Counted from the stretch's first letter, positions 18,960 through 29,248 are shown. The stretch is DNA of 64,000 bases from Acidilobaceae archaeon (GCA_038824665.1 JAWBBK010000001.1:256001-320000); one strand, 5' to 3'. Numbers and translations: made by a program. Notes: generated by a model from the sequence alone, not told the origin.

Positions 18960-19895
18960 TCACGCTTTGACTTTTTCGAGCTTCACTCTAGGGTCTACTA
19001 AGTAGTATAAGATGTCTATCAGCAGGTTTACAGTCATCACTACTATGGCTACAAACAATATGCCTCCGAAGACTACAGGGTAGTCTCTCGCTAGTATGGC
19101 GTCATAGATCATAGAGCCTATACCGGGGTACTTGAATACGGTTTCTGTGATAACAGCTCCGCCCATCAAGATCCCGAACCTGAGTCCGATTATGGTTATG
19201 ATGGGAACTATGGCGTTTCTCATTATGTAACCTAAAATCACTTTGAACTCGCTGAGCCCTCTGGCTCTAGCAGCGATCACGTAGTCTTGCGTTGCAGTCT
19301 CGAGCATTGAGGCTCTCGACACCCTAGCTATCATTCCGAAGTTGACAACACCTAGCGTGATTGCAGGCAGTATTAGGTGTTTGAGCCCTCCTCTCTCTCC
19401 TGGAGGCAGTAGTTGTAGATAGACAGCGAATATGAGGATAAGGACGAGGCCCCACCAAAAAACAGGGATCGAGTAACTAGCTACACTAAGTACTCTGATC
19501 GTTTTATCGATCAACGAGTTTGGCTTTCCTACGCTAATCAAAGCCATTGAGAGCCCTACAACGGTAGCTATCACTATGCTAGCTACAGTCAGCTCTAGCG
19601 TTGCCTGAAACCTTCTCAACACTAGTTGTAGAACAGGCTCACCTGTTCCTACAGACTTACCCCAATCTCCTTGAAGTACTCTCATAACGTAGAGGACGTA
19701 TTGAGCCAACAGAGGTCTGTCGAGACCTAATTTCTTCTCCAACTCCTCTCTGACTTCAGGTGGAGGGTCGAACTCTCCATACATAACTCTTATAGGGTCG
19801 CCAGGAAGAGCTCTCATCAAAATGAAGACTACGAGAAGTATGATCAGGAGTGTGGGTACATAGAGAAAAAGCCTGTAGAAGACGTATCTCAACAT
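18960..19895 (-). CDS. Peptide/nickel ABC transporter permease (DppB/OppB type)
   Basis: LPGDP, LGLDRP, DYVIAARARGL, ITETVF.YPGIG, RDYPVV, DPRV. Confidence 0.92.
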   Translation of the reverse strand: MLRYVFYRLFLYVPTLLIILLVVFILMRALPGDPIRVMYGEFDPPPEVREELEKKLGLDRPLLAQYVLYVMRVLQGDWGKSVGTGEPVLQLVLRRFQATLELTVASIVIATVVGLSMALISVGKPNSLIDKTIRVLSVASYSIPVFWWGLVLILIFAVYLQLLPPGERGGLKHLILPAITLGVVNFGMIARVSRASMLETATQDYVIAARARGLSEFKVILGYIMRNAIVPIITIIGLRFGILMGGAVITETVFKYPGIGSMIYDAILARDYPVVFGGILFVAIVVMTVNLLIDILYYLVDPRVKLEKVKA

Positions 19896-19913
19896 TTTTG
19901 ATTACCGCAACGG

Positions 19914-21518
19914 CTACCTGCTCTCTTCTTTTATCATAGTGTACGTAAGTATCCATCTTTCGATCGGCTGAATCTCAAAGCCTACGAGATTAGGCTTGGA
20001 GGCTACTATTATGTCTTCATAGTGTAAGAATATCCAAGGAGCGTCCTGCCATATGAGCCTTTGGGCTTCTGCGTAAAGCTGAGCTCTCTTAGTCAGGTCG
20101 GTCTCTGCTCTAGCGTTGTCGAGGAGTTTGTCGACTTCTGAGTTGCTATACTGCATTCTATTGAACGGAGCTCCCGTTCTGAAGAGAGAGTATAAACCGT
20201 AGTCTGCGTCTAACGTCACAGTAGACCAACCTAGTAGGAACAGGTCAAAGTCTTTCTGAGTGGTGACTCTAGATATGTACGCAGCCCACTCCATCACTTC
20301 AAGTTTGACTCTCAAACCAACAGCCTCAAGATAAGCCTTCACGGCTTCAGCTATCTCTCTGTCTTTTAGATATCTGCCTTGAGGTGTGATGAAGATGAGT
20401 TCTTTACCTTCCCATCCCGCTGCTCTAATCAGTTCACGAGCTTTAGTCGGATCGTATGAGTATGGGGTTTGTCTCGAGTAGCCGAAGACAGAGGGATGTA
20501 TGGGAGCAGTGGCTACGCTCCCAGCGCCTTCTAATATGTGCCTCACAATGGCCTCTTTGTCTATGGCTAGATTGAGAGCTTGTCTCACTCTAACGTCAGG
20601 GATCCTCTCAACGTTGAGTCCTATGTATATCACTCTAACGCTTGGCATTTGAACGATTTGAAGACCTCTGTTTCTGAGTTGTCCTAAGTACTGAGGCGGA
20701 ACGTGGGTTATAATGTCCACAGTACCGGCCTCTAAGAATGATACTCTTGTTGAGTCGTCAGGAATAGGTATCCACTCGATCCTTCTTACAGTAGGCTTGG
20801 GACCCCAGTAGTTCGCAAAGGCTTCGAGAACGGTTCTTTCTCCCTTTTTGTACTCGACGAATCTGTAAGGCCCTGTGCCTATGATGTAGTCAATGCTGTC
20901 TATAGGCGTGTTAGGGAAGCGCTCAGCGACCCAGGCTGGAATTATGGCTGTAGACGGGTGGGAGAGATGAGCTATCATAGGACCGAACGGGTACTTCAGG
21001 ATCAGTCTGAAGGTCAGTTCATCAACTACCTGAACTTCTTTCACAAACTCTAGCAGAATCCTTGGAAGGCTCCCTACTCGAGGACCTCTCTCAAAACTGG
21101 CTTTTACGTCATGTGCTGTGAGGGGCTTTCCGTCGTGAAACTTAACTCCTGACTTAAGCCTGAACTCCCAAACGGTATCGTTAACCTTAGTGTACGACTC
21201 TACCAGATGTGGAACAAAAGTAGGAGTTCCTCTCTCGTCGAACTTGACTCTAAACAGAGTTTCGTAAACGTGTCCAAAGACGGATAGCGTTGGTGCATCG
21301 GTAGCTGCCTGGACATCTATTGTAGAGAGGTCAGCTCTTTGAGAGATCCTGAGCACATCTATTTCCTTGAAGGTCACAAGGACTTCTTCTTCGAGAGGTG
21401 GTCTCTCTGTAACGGGAGTCTCTTCAGGAGCTCGTAGAAACATGAGATAGCCTGCAGCTCCTATGAGGACAATGAGGACCAAAGCTAAGGCTACATATAT
21501 AGTTTTTGAGTCTCTCAC
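19914..21518 (-). CDS. Peptide ABC transporter substrate-binding protein (family 5); no ATPase gene adjacent
   Basis: N-terminal TM anchor, GVKFHDG..LTA.DV, IGTGPY, VRQALNLAID. Confidence 0.92.
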   Translation of the reverse strand: MRDSKTIYVALALVLIVLIGAAGYLMFLRAPEETPVTERPPLEEEVLVTFKEIDVLRISQRADLSTIDVQAATDAPTLSVFGHVYETLFRVKFDERGTPTFVPHLVESYTKVNDTVWEFRLKSGVKFHDGKPLTAHDVKASFERGPRVGSLPRILLEFVKEVQVVDELTFRLILKYPFGPMIAHLSHPSTAIIPAWVAERFPNTPIDSIDYIIGTGPYRFVEYKKGERTVLEAFANYWGPKPTVRRIEWIPIPDDSTRVSFLEAGTVDIITHVPPQYLGQLRNRGLQIVQMPSVRVIYIGLNVERIPDVRVRQALNLAIDKEAIVRHILEGAGSVATAPIHPSVFGYSRQTPYSYDPTKARELIRAAGWEGKELIFITPQGRYLKDREIAEAVKAYLEAVGLRVKLEVMEWAAYISRVTTQKDFDLFLLGWSTVTLDADYGLYSLFRTGAPFNRMQYSNSEVDKLLDNARAETDLTKRAQLYAEAQRLIWQDAPWIFLHYEDIIVASKPNLVGFEIQPIERWILTYTMIKEESR

Positions 21519-21679
21519 TATAATCTCACCCTTAGCTATCTTTAGAGTTAGTTATTTCAACAATCCTTTTATATTTTAATATGTGATCTCAGCGCATAGA
21601 AGAGCGCGATAAGCCTATCGCCCTCTTTTTCAGACGGAGAGCAGGTCGTAAAACGTTAAACGACTTCGCTTTTGGACCC

Positions 21680-24600
21680 TTAGCGCTTTAGACGCCTCCT
21701 TCTAGGAGATCTCAACTTGAGGCGTAGAACGACTTGTAGAGAGTTCTCTACAACACGATTAAGTCCAAGGCCTTCTTCGTAGAGCGCGATTATAGCCGTT
21801 CTACCTGGTTCTACTTTGATATCCGCTTCTTGTCTTAGAGTTCTCACTTTAATCGTGTTCGGATATACGTATCCTCTGTTTTCGAACTCCTCTATTACTT
21901 TTTTAAACGACCTCGATAGTCTTTGGGCCATCCCTTTCTCTGTGTACACCACAACGTCTGCTGGAGAAGTTCGTGAGTCTAGAAGCGCTACTAAGATGCC
22001 GTAGGCCAAAGCTCTAGCGATTAAAGCAGGACTAGGACTCTTGACCAGAGCTTCAACCAAGACTCTTCGCTGTCCTTCTTTCTTTACATAAATGCCTCTA
22101 GCTACAGCTAGTCTCAGCGCTTCTCTTATCATTTCTTCAACTACCTTCTCTTCGAAGCTAGAACCACCTATTTCAAAGTATTCGACCACGACATCGCGAG
22201 CTCTAGTCTCTCCCTCTCTGACCAAGAGTTCAGCTAATCTGAAGGCGGCTATCAGCTTCGCAAGACTCTCGTATCTGAGCGCTCTGACAGTCGAGAGCAA
22301 GACGTCCTTCCACTCTTTTCTACGTTTAATCTCAACAAAACAGTATCTGTCAAATTCTCCAGAACTCTCGAAGTCTTCGCTCACGTACACCCTCTTACCG
22401 AAGCCTCTTGCGATCACATATCCCTCCTCCTTTTCTAGAGCAACACCAGTAACTATCTCGTAGTCAGCGAGCCCCGCTAGAGAGAGCACGTGTAGAGACT
22501 TCTCTAGCTCTTCCTCGCTTATCCGGACCTCAAACCTCTTTTCCAGCTCTCCCATCAGCTCAGAGACTCTAAAAGCTAGTCGCTCTGATCTAAGCTCTTC
22601 CGAAACCTCGACCAACGTTTTCCACAAGCTCTCGACTACTCTAAACCTTGGTTGTTGTCTCCAAACCATGGAGAGCCTCTTTCGGAATTCAGAACGTCCT
22701 GAATGTATCAATACGCAACGAGCTTCTTTACCGTCGCGTCCTCCTCGTCCAACTTCCTGATAGTAATCCTCTATGCTTTCGCTCATCATGTAATGTACAA
22801 CCCATCTGATGTAGGGTATGTCGACTCCCATTCCGAAAGCCTTAGTGGCCACGATTATTCGTGGAGATTTCCTCTCTCCTTTGACAACAGAACGGATCAA
22901 CTCAAGAGCTTCGCTTCTCTCTCGTTTTGACATTTGACCATGATATACTAGCGTCTCTTCCTTTAAGGTCTCCTTTATACGACGCGCTATTTCTTCTGCG
23001 CTCTCTTCCTCTCTAGAAGGTTTTACATAGGGAACGAAGACTACGCCTATCCAAGGACCTCCGCTATGCTTGTCAGCCCAATCTCTCAGCTCAGCTATGA
23101 CTTCAAGAAGAGCTTCAAGCTTTTTTGAAGAAGGAACTTTGATAGCCTCTAATCTCAAGTTTCTTCTCGTCACAGCGCTCCTGACGACCTTAGGCTTCCC
23201 ACTTAAGGAAATAGGTTCTACAAAGACCTCTCTGCCCTCTACGATCTCGAATTCTGAGATATCAAGTTCTTGAGCCAGCTTCTTCAGCTCTCCTTCAGAC
23301 AGAGTGGCAGTAAAGGTAGCTATTGGAAGCCATCGCTTTTCAGCTCTAGCCTTTCTGATGAAGGAGAGCGCGTTTGCATAAGCAGGTCTGAAAGTGTAAC
23401 CCCAGCGTATAGCACAATGTACTTCGTCTAGGATGATGTAACTGACCAGTCCCTTCTCTATCAGCCTTCTGGTTTCTTTCTTCTCGACTTGTTCTGGGGT
23501 AGCGTAAACGATCTCGACCTCGCCAGCAACGGCTTTTGCTAAACACTCAAGCCTCTCAGCTGGAGTCACATAACCGTCAAGTCTACAAGCCTTCACACCA
23601 GCTTTCTCTAGAGCCGTTATCTGATCTTCTATGAGAGCTATAAGAGGAGATACGACAAGAGCAGGTCTTCCAGTGGCTTTGTGTAAAGCCAGAGCAACGC
23701 TTTGAAATATCAGCGACTTTCCTGCTCCAGTGGGGAGGAGAGCGATCACAGCGGGCTTCTCGTAGCTGTAGCCTCTTACGTATGGCTCGAGCATGTAGAG
23801 AGCTATCCTCTTCTGATAGGGTCTAAGCTCTAATCCCCACTTCTCTTTCGCTATTTTCTCAACAGTATCCAGAGCTCTGTGCTGGTTCTCGAACACGAAG
23901 AGTCCTTTCGGCTTTCCGATGTCTTCAGGTTCGACACTCAGCTCCTTAAAGGAGAGACCTTGGGAGAGCTCGCTCCATCCGCTGACGACTATCAGAGGGC
24001 CTCTTGATGCTTCAGCTAACGCTAAGACTGTTTGTCTTAAACTAACTTTTAGGTCTGTAGACAGCTTTTTCAGATCTTCAGTTGTAGGCACTATGACTTT
24101 AGAACACTCAAAAACATCTTCCAGCTTTTCAACTGTTCTTAGACCTAAGGAGAAACTCATTAGTCTAGAGGCTGAGGTAGTAGCGAAGACGCAGGCATTA
24201 GAGTCTGCTAAAGACAGAACGAATCCAAACACTCTGCTCATGTCTAAGAGACTAAGGTTCTCAGCTCCCTTAATCACGTAGATAGGCTCGACGGATGTAG
24301 TAAGGACCTCAGCGTAGTGAGGAACATTTTTCACGTCGGCCACAGAGATCCACAACCTCTTTGAGACTCTCCACAAACTGGAGAGGAGTTCCTCCAGTTC
24401 TAGTCCCGCTAGAGAAGCGCATGAGTGAGCGGACTCGACGAAAACTACATTCAGTTTCCTGTTCTGAGTCTCCAGAGCTTTAACCAAGTCTATAACGTCT
24501 TTACAGTAAACGGCGAAGGGAAGAGCGGCTTCGGTGTGTTTCATTAGTTTCTCCAAGAGGGTCAAGCGTTCGTTAAAGCCTGAGAGGACGGAAAGAGAAT

Positions 24601-25546
24601 TGAAAACTTCCCTTTCGCTACATGCACCTCGAGCTATCGCTGAGCGGAAGAAGGCTTTGACTCCTCCAGGGAGTTCCAAAACGTAATCGAAAGAGGGAGA
24701 CAGCTTGCGAGAAGTCCAGACTCTTGGACTACAGCTGTTAATCCTACGGGGAGTCAAAAACACATCTATGCCTTCGGGTAACGCGGGGTCTGCTAGCTTA
24801 TAGGGAGCCTCTGAGAACTGTTCGCATAGATTCTCTACTCCATTGAGTTCTCGTATAGACTTCGAGACCTCTTTACAAGACCCCAAGGAGGAGAGCACTC
24901 CAATGAGTTTAAGGGATGAGAGCAGAAGAGCATTAGCTCGGCTACTAGGAGCTTCATCATACGGTATGCTTAGAAGCGTCGATAATCTGCTAAGAGAGTA
25001 GCTAGGCTCTCCTGGAAGTGTTAGAACGGCTAGGTCGAGAAGGCTTACTAACTTCGTTCCTTTTGAGATGACGAGATCAACAAGTTCTCGAGGAGCAGAC
25101 CTAGCGTTGTAGAACACAGTTACCTCAGGCTTGAAGTGCTCGAAGAGTTCTTGAAGAGAGCTAGGATGGACATCGAAGGAGGTCACAGCTCCTTCTCTGG
25201 ACAGCATCGAGATCCCACAGAGGTGAGGCCACTCTTCATGGTCTATAGCTACAGCTCTAGCTCCAGACCTCGCTACAGAACATAGAGCATGGAATCCGAC
25301 GGAGCACATATCGATAGCGGTACTGAAAAGCCCAAGTCTGATGAGCTTTTCAACAGCGTAGGTCTCAACAACAAGAGGGTTCAAGAAGAGCTTGAACAAA
25401 GTTGACTGAGTATGTCTAAGAACTTTTTTCTCGTCTGGCTCATCTTTAGAGTCCTTCAAGATTTTGCTTACCGCAAGAGCTGTCGTTGCTTCTCGAGCTA
25501 GAGCGATCAGACCCGTTAGCGCTATACCGAACAGTAGGGTTTCCAA
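21680..25546 (-). CDS. Large RecQ-family helicase with long N- and C-terminal extensions
   Basis: LPTGAGKS, VVSPLIALIEDQ, ILDEVHCAIRWGYTFRPAY, TAT, YHGQM, ATKAFGMGVD, YYQEVGRGGRDG. Confidence 0.9.
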   Translation of the reverse strand: METLLFGIALTGLIALAREATTALAVSKILKDSKDEPDEKKVLRHTQSTLFKLFLNPLVVETYAVEKLIRLGLFSTAIDMCSVGFHALCSVARSGARAVAIDHEEWPHLCGISMLSREGAVTSFDVHPSSLQELFEHFKPEVTVFYNARSAPRELVDLVISKGTKLVSLLDLAVLTLPGEPSYSLSRLSTLLSIPYDEAPSSRANALLLSSLKLIGVLSSLGSCKEVSKSIRELNGVENLCEQFSEAPYKLADPALPEGIDVFLTPRRINSCSPRVWTSRKLSPSFDYVLELPGGVKAFFRSAIARGACSEREVFNSLSVLSGFNERLTLLEKLMKHTEAALPFAVYCKDVIDLVKALETQNRKLNVVFVESAHSCASLAGLELEELLSSLWRVSKRLWISVADVKNVPHYAEVLTTSVEPIYVIKGAENLSLLDMSRVFGFVLSLADSNACVFATTSASRLMSFSLGLRTVEKLEDVFECSKVIVPTTEDLKKLSTDLKVSLRQTVLALAEASRGPLIVVSGWSELSQGLSFKELSVEPEDIGKPKGLFVFENQHRALDTVEKIAKEKWGLELRPYQKRIALYMLEPYVRGYSYEKPAVIALLPTGAGKSLIFQSVALALHKATGRPALVVSPLIALIEDQITALEKAGVKACRLDGYVTPAERLECLAKAVAGEVEIVYATPEQVEKKETRRLIEKGLVSYIILDEVHCAIRWGYTFRPAYANALSFIRKARAEKRWLPIATFTATLSEGELKKLAQELDISEFEIVEGREVFVEPISLSGKPKVVRSAVTRRNLRLEAIKVPSSKKLEALLEVIAELRDWADKHSGGPWIGVVFVPYVKPSREEESAEEIARRIKETLKEETLVYHGQMSKRERSEALELIRSVVKGERKSPRIIVATKAFGMGVDIPYIRWVVHYMMSESIEDYYQEVGRGGRDGKEARCVLIHSGRSEFRKRLSMVWRQQPRFRVVESLWKTLVEVSEELRSERLAFRVSELMGELEKRFEVRISEEELEKSLHVLSLAGLADYEIVTGVALEKEEGYVIARGFGKRVYVSEDFESSGEFDRYCFVEIKRRKEWKDVLLSTVRALRYESLAKLIAAFRLAELLVREGETRARDVVVEYFEIGGSSFEEKVVEEMIREALRLAVARGIYVKKEGQRRVLVEALVKSPSPALIARALAYGILVALLDSRTSPADVVVYTEKGMAQRLSRSFKKVIEEFENRGYVYPNTIKVRTLRQEADIKVEPGRTAIIALYEEGLGLNRVVENSLQVVLRLKLRSPRRRRLKR

Positions 25547-25685
25547 GACTTCCTCCTTCCCGATTTGCCTCTTTGAGGGAGAGGTTTAGAGGTGGAGACT
25601 CAGCATCGATAAGCGAAACGCTGTTCAGTCTCCAGACGCTAGCTAGATGTGAAGAAGCTTTAGGAGTACATGAGAATGATAGTGA

Positions 25686-26219
25686 GTGTTCAAGTTGCAG
25701 GTCTACACGCTAGGCTATGGGGGTAGATCGCTCGAAGAGTTCATCAACATATTGAAACGCCTTAAGGTAGAAGCTGTCATAGATGTTCGCAGATGGAACG
25801 TCTCTCGTAGACTACCCGATTTCTCTGGCAGGTCGCTCGCTGAGGCTTTGAATAGAAGCGGTATCGAGTACTTTTGGATACCGGAGTTAGGCGGCTATAG
25901 GAGGTTCGGCGTAGATGTAGAAGACCACGGTATAGCTAAATGTTTTAAATCAGCAGGCTTTAGGGCATACGCTACGTACATAACGATGAACTCAGCTGTA
26001 AAACCCTATCTTGAAAAGCTTGTTCACATAGCTTCCGGTTCAGTATCTATGCTTCTTTGTCGAGAGAAGTACCCTTGGTTATGTCATCGTAAAATACTAT
26101 CTGACTATTTATATGCAAAAGGCTTCAAGGTTCTACATGTAATCGATATAGATGACGTCTTTGAACACAGACTCAGCAAATGTGCAGTAGTCGTTAATGG
26201 AGAGCTTAGATACGTTTAA
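25686..26219 (+). CDS. DUF488 family protein
   Basis: YTLGYGGRS, IDVRR, ELGG, LLCREKYPWLCHR. Confidence 0.88.
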   Translation: MFKLQVYTLGYGGRSLEEFINILKRLKVEAVIDVRRWNVSRRLPDFSGRSLAEALNRSGIEYFWIPELGGYRRFGVDVEDHGIAKCFKSAGFRAYATYITMNSAVKPYLEKLVHIASGSVSMLLCREKYPWLCHRKILSDYLYAKGFKVLHVIDIDDVFEHRLSKCAVVVNGELRYV

Positions 26220-26610
26220 GCAGAGCGTTATAATCATCGCTATCCTTAGGCTAAGCTATCGACTCTGTAACCTCAAGACTTCCTATCTCATTTTAGACGA
26301 CTTCCAGCTTAGAGAGCTAAAGACTCAATACCATAGACTTCGTTACGTTCAGACCGATAAGCCCGTCGCTATCTAGTACTTCAAACTCCTTTTTCCTTTA
26401 TAATTGATCTTAACTGTTTCAGAGCAGAAGTTAGTCTTTAGTCAAACGTTATTTCGGTCTATCGGTAACTAAAAGAGTCTTTATCATAGTGAATTATTGT
26501 TATGAGAACGCTCTCGTGACTTAGGAGCTGATTCTTGTAGTCTAGACCGAATAATCCTTTAGCTACGCTGACCATAATTCTCAGAATTCGTCTCTACAAC
26601 CTTATATCAG

Positions 26611-27735
26611 TTGACTGCATCTATTAAGTCTCCTGACTTCAAGCCACTGGGGCAGAGCTTGGAGTACAGGGTTTCTGAAAACGAACATCAGATAGACCTT
26701 CCGAAAAGGATCGTGGTGGGTAAGGGCATTCTAGAGAGAGCGGGATCTTATTTCACTGAGGTGTTCGGGAAGAGAGGTCTAGGCGTTCTCGTCGTCACGG
26801 GACCTAACGTTAAGACGTCTCTCTACCCGGTCCTCAAGCAAGCTCTTGAAGACGAGGGGCTTAGCGTCTGGGATGCTGTTGTCAGTGAGGCAAGTCTAGA
26901 TGTAGCAATGAGTGTGCTTCAAGAAATCGATAGCTCTATCGACGTAATCATTGGGTTTGGAGGAGGCAAGTCTATAGACGTAGCCAAATACTCAGCCAAG
27001 CTCTCTAAAAGACCTTTCGTCAGCGTGCCAACGACTACGAGTCACGATGGGATAGCTTCTCCTTACGCTAGTCTCAAAGGCTTTGAGAGACCGCTCTCTA
27101 AACCAGCCAAACCTCCAGATTTGATAATGGTTGACTTAGAGGCAGTCCTCAGAGCTCCTAGAAGGTATAACGTAGCTGGCTTCGGGGATCTAGTGGGCAA
27201 ATTGACAGCAGTAAGGGACTGGAGGTTAGCAAGCTTACTGAAGGGAGAATATTATGGAGAGTACTCAGCTACTATATCTCTGACTAGCGCTAAGCACGCT
27301 ATGAACAAGTACAGAGAGCTCGCTAACAACACAGTAGAGGGCTTCAAGGTCCTAGTAGAAGGGCTTATAAGTAGCGGTATAGCTATGTGTATAGCTGGGA
27401 GCTCTAGACCTGCCAGCGGCTCAGAGCACCTTATAGCTCACGCCATATCGCTAGTGTCTAAGAACCCTCCACTTCACGGAGAGGCAGTAGCCGTAGGAAC
27501 GGTGATAGCGGCAGGGCTTCATGGGATCAACTGGAGGAAAATCAAATCGGTTCTCAAAAGCGTTGGTCTTCCGACTACAGCTAAAGAGCTCGGGATAAGC
27601 GATGAGGAGCTCGTAGAGGCAATATCTATAGCTCCTACGATCAGACCCGAGAGATATACGATACTTGGAGACAAACAAATAGACCTAGAGGTAGCTCATA
27701 AGCTAGCGGCGAGAATGGAAGTAATCGAGGTCTAA
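26611..27735 (+). CDS. egsA: NAD(P)-dependent glycerol-1-phosphate dehydrogenase
   Basis: GGGKSIDVAK, VPTTTSHDGIASP, SSRPASGSEH, LHGE, RPERYTIL; start may be about 16 codons downstream. Confidence 0.95.
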   Translation: MTASIKSPDFKPLGQSLEYRVSENEHQIDLPKRIVVGKGILERAGSYFTEVFGKRGLGVLVVTGPNVKTSLYPVLKQALEDEGLSVWDAVVSEASLDVAMSVLQEIDSSIDVIIGFGGGKSIDVAKYSAKLSKRPFVSVPTTTSHDGIASPYASLKGFERPLSKPAKPPDLIMVDLEAVLRAPRRYNVAGFGDLVGKLTAVRDWRLASLLKGEYYGEYSATISLTSAKHAMNKYRELANNTVEGFKVLVEGLISSGIAMCIAGSSRPASGSEHLIAHAISLVSKNPPLHGEAVAVGTVIAAGLHGINWRKIKSVLKSVGLPTTAKELGISDEELVEAISIAPTIRPERYTILGDKQIDLEVAHKLAARMEVIEV

Positions 27736-27738
27736 TCA

Positions 27739-28734
27739 GTGGTAGACCTCGACTCTAAAGTTTTCTCTCCTTACGAGTTCTCAAAAGAGATCTTAGAACT
27801 CTCTTTTAGGTACAACTACGAACCTAGCGTCATCTACAGACTTGTTGAGACCGTAGGCCTTTTGGAAGCTGAAGAGGTCTTAAAGGCTAACGAAACGCCT
27901 CTTCCGGAAACGCTGAGATGTAACGACTATTTGATCGATTGTAAAGCTCTCGAAGAGAGACTCGAGAATAAGGGTTTTGAGTTAAAGAAAATACCTTGGC
28001 TTCCTCACGGTTACGAGGTAGAGAGAGCTCCTATCAGCCTAGGGGCTACACACGAGTATCTGCTCGGTTACTACTACATCCAGGACCCAGGCTCCATGCT
28101 TGCAGGCTATGCGCTCGATCCAAAGCCTGAAGAGGTCATTGTAGACATGTGTGCAGCTCCTGGAGGAAAAGCTACTCAGATACTACAACTTACTCGTGAC
28201 AGAGCGAAGCTGATAGCGGTAGAGAAGTCTAGAAGGAGAATGAGGAGTTTACGATCTCACCTTCAGAGAATGGGCTTCAGTAGCTTCGTTTTAGTGAGAA
28301 TGGACGCTCTAGCGTTGCCAGAAGTCATTAGAGCCGATAGGGTTCTCTTAGACGCTCCTAGTTCAGGAGAGGGTATAATAAGAAAAGACCCTAACAGAAA
28401 AAGAAAAGGGAAGCTAGAAGACATTAAAGCTCTTCACGAACTCCAAGTCAGACTTCTAGAGAAAGCATATAGATTATTGAAAGAAGGCGGAGTTCTACTT
28501 TATGCAGCGTGCTCTACAGCTGTAGAAGAGGGAGAGTACGTGATCCACAAGGTCTTAGAGAGACACAACGACCTCAGAGTAGAGAAAATAGAAATCCCTG
28601 TGCTTTCGAGAGGGATCACGAGCTATAGAGGAGCGGAATTCAATCCTGAACTCGCTCTTTGCGGAAGGCTTTGGCCTCATGTACAAGGCTACGAGGGTTT
28701 TTTTGTCTGTAGATTAGTGAAAGAGAGGAGATAG
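27739..28734 (+). CDS. RsmB/NOP2 RNA m5C methyltransferase
   Basis: GYYYIQD, DMCAAPGGK, LLDAPSSGEG, YAACS, EGFF. Confidence 0.92.
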   Translation: MVDLDSKVFSPYEFSKEILELSFRYNYEPSVIYRLVETVGLLEAEEVLKANETPLPETLRCNDYLIDCKALEERLENKGFELKKIPWLPHGYEVERAPISLGATHEYLLGYYYIQDPGSMLAGYALDPKPEEVIVDMCAAPGGKATQILQLTRDRAKLIAVEKSRRRMRSLRSHLQRMGFSSFVLVRMDALALPEVIRADRVLLDAPSSGEGIIRKDPNRKRKGKLEDIKALHELQVRLLEKAYRLLKEGGVLLYAACSTAVEEGEYVIHKVLERHNDLRVEKIEIPVLSRGITSYRGAEFNPELALCGRLWPHVQGYEGFFVCRLVKERR

Positions 28735-28735
28735 A

Positions 28736-29248
28736 GTGAACGTTAAGGGACCACGTCTTAGACACCCAAAACTCGAGGAGCTAAAGTCCTTGGAACGATT
28801 CCTTTCGAGACTAGGACTCAAAGTGAAGGAGATAGCGGAGAACGTTATGGCTCTCGAGGTACCTAAAGCTAAATATGTGGAACTCTTCGAAGTCCCGATG
28901 TGGGTTCTCGAGTTGCTAGATGTCCTTCCCTTTCACTATGCTTCAGGTCTCTACTTGGGTTATGTTGAAAAAGGTAGATTCAAGCCTGGTCTTCCTCTGG
29001 CTAGGAGACTCTCTTCGCTTTGCGGACGTACGTTTAAGTGTTTTGTGGTGGATTGGGAAGGAGAGAAGAGGTTTCTCTACGGGAGAGAGGTCTCAGAGAG
29101 ACATATTATTGAGTGGACTGAAGGAGTCTCTACGGTATTAAACCAAATCGGAGAGCCTTTGGGATGGGGCAGAGGGGTCGTAAGGAAAGGGGAACGAGTT
29201 CTGAAGCCTCTTTGGGATTTGGGTTGGTATCTTAGAAGAGGTGGTTAG
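28736..29248 (+). CDS. NIP7/PUA-like partner of the m5C methyltransferase
   Basis: GLYLG, EKRFLYGR, LGWG, DLGWYLRRGG; translationally adjacent to the MTase. Confidence 0.75.
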   Translation: MNVKGPRLRHPKLEELKSLERFLSRLGLKVKEIAENVMALEVPKAKYVELFEVPMWVLELLDVLPFHYASGLYLGYVEKGRFKPGLPLARRLSSLCGRTFKCFVVDWEGEKRFLYGREVSERHIIEWTEGVSTVLNQIGEPLGWGRGVVRKGERVLKPLWDLGWYLRRGG

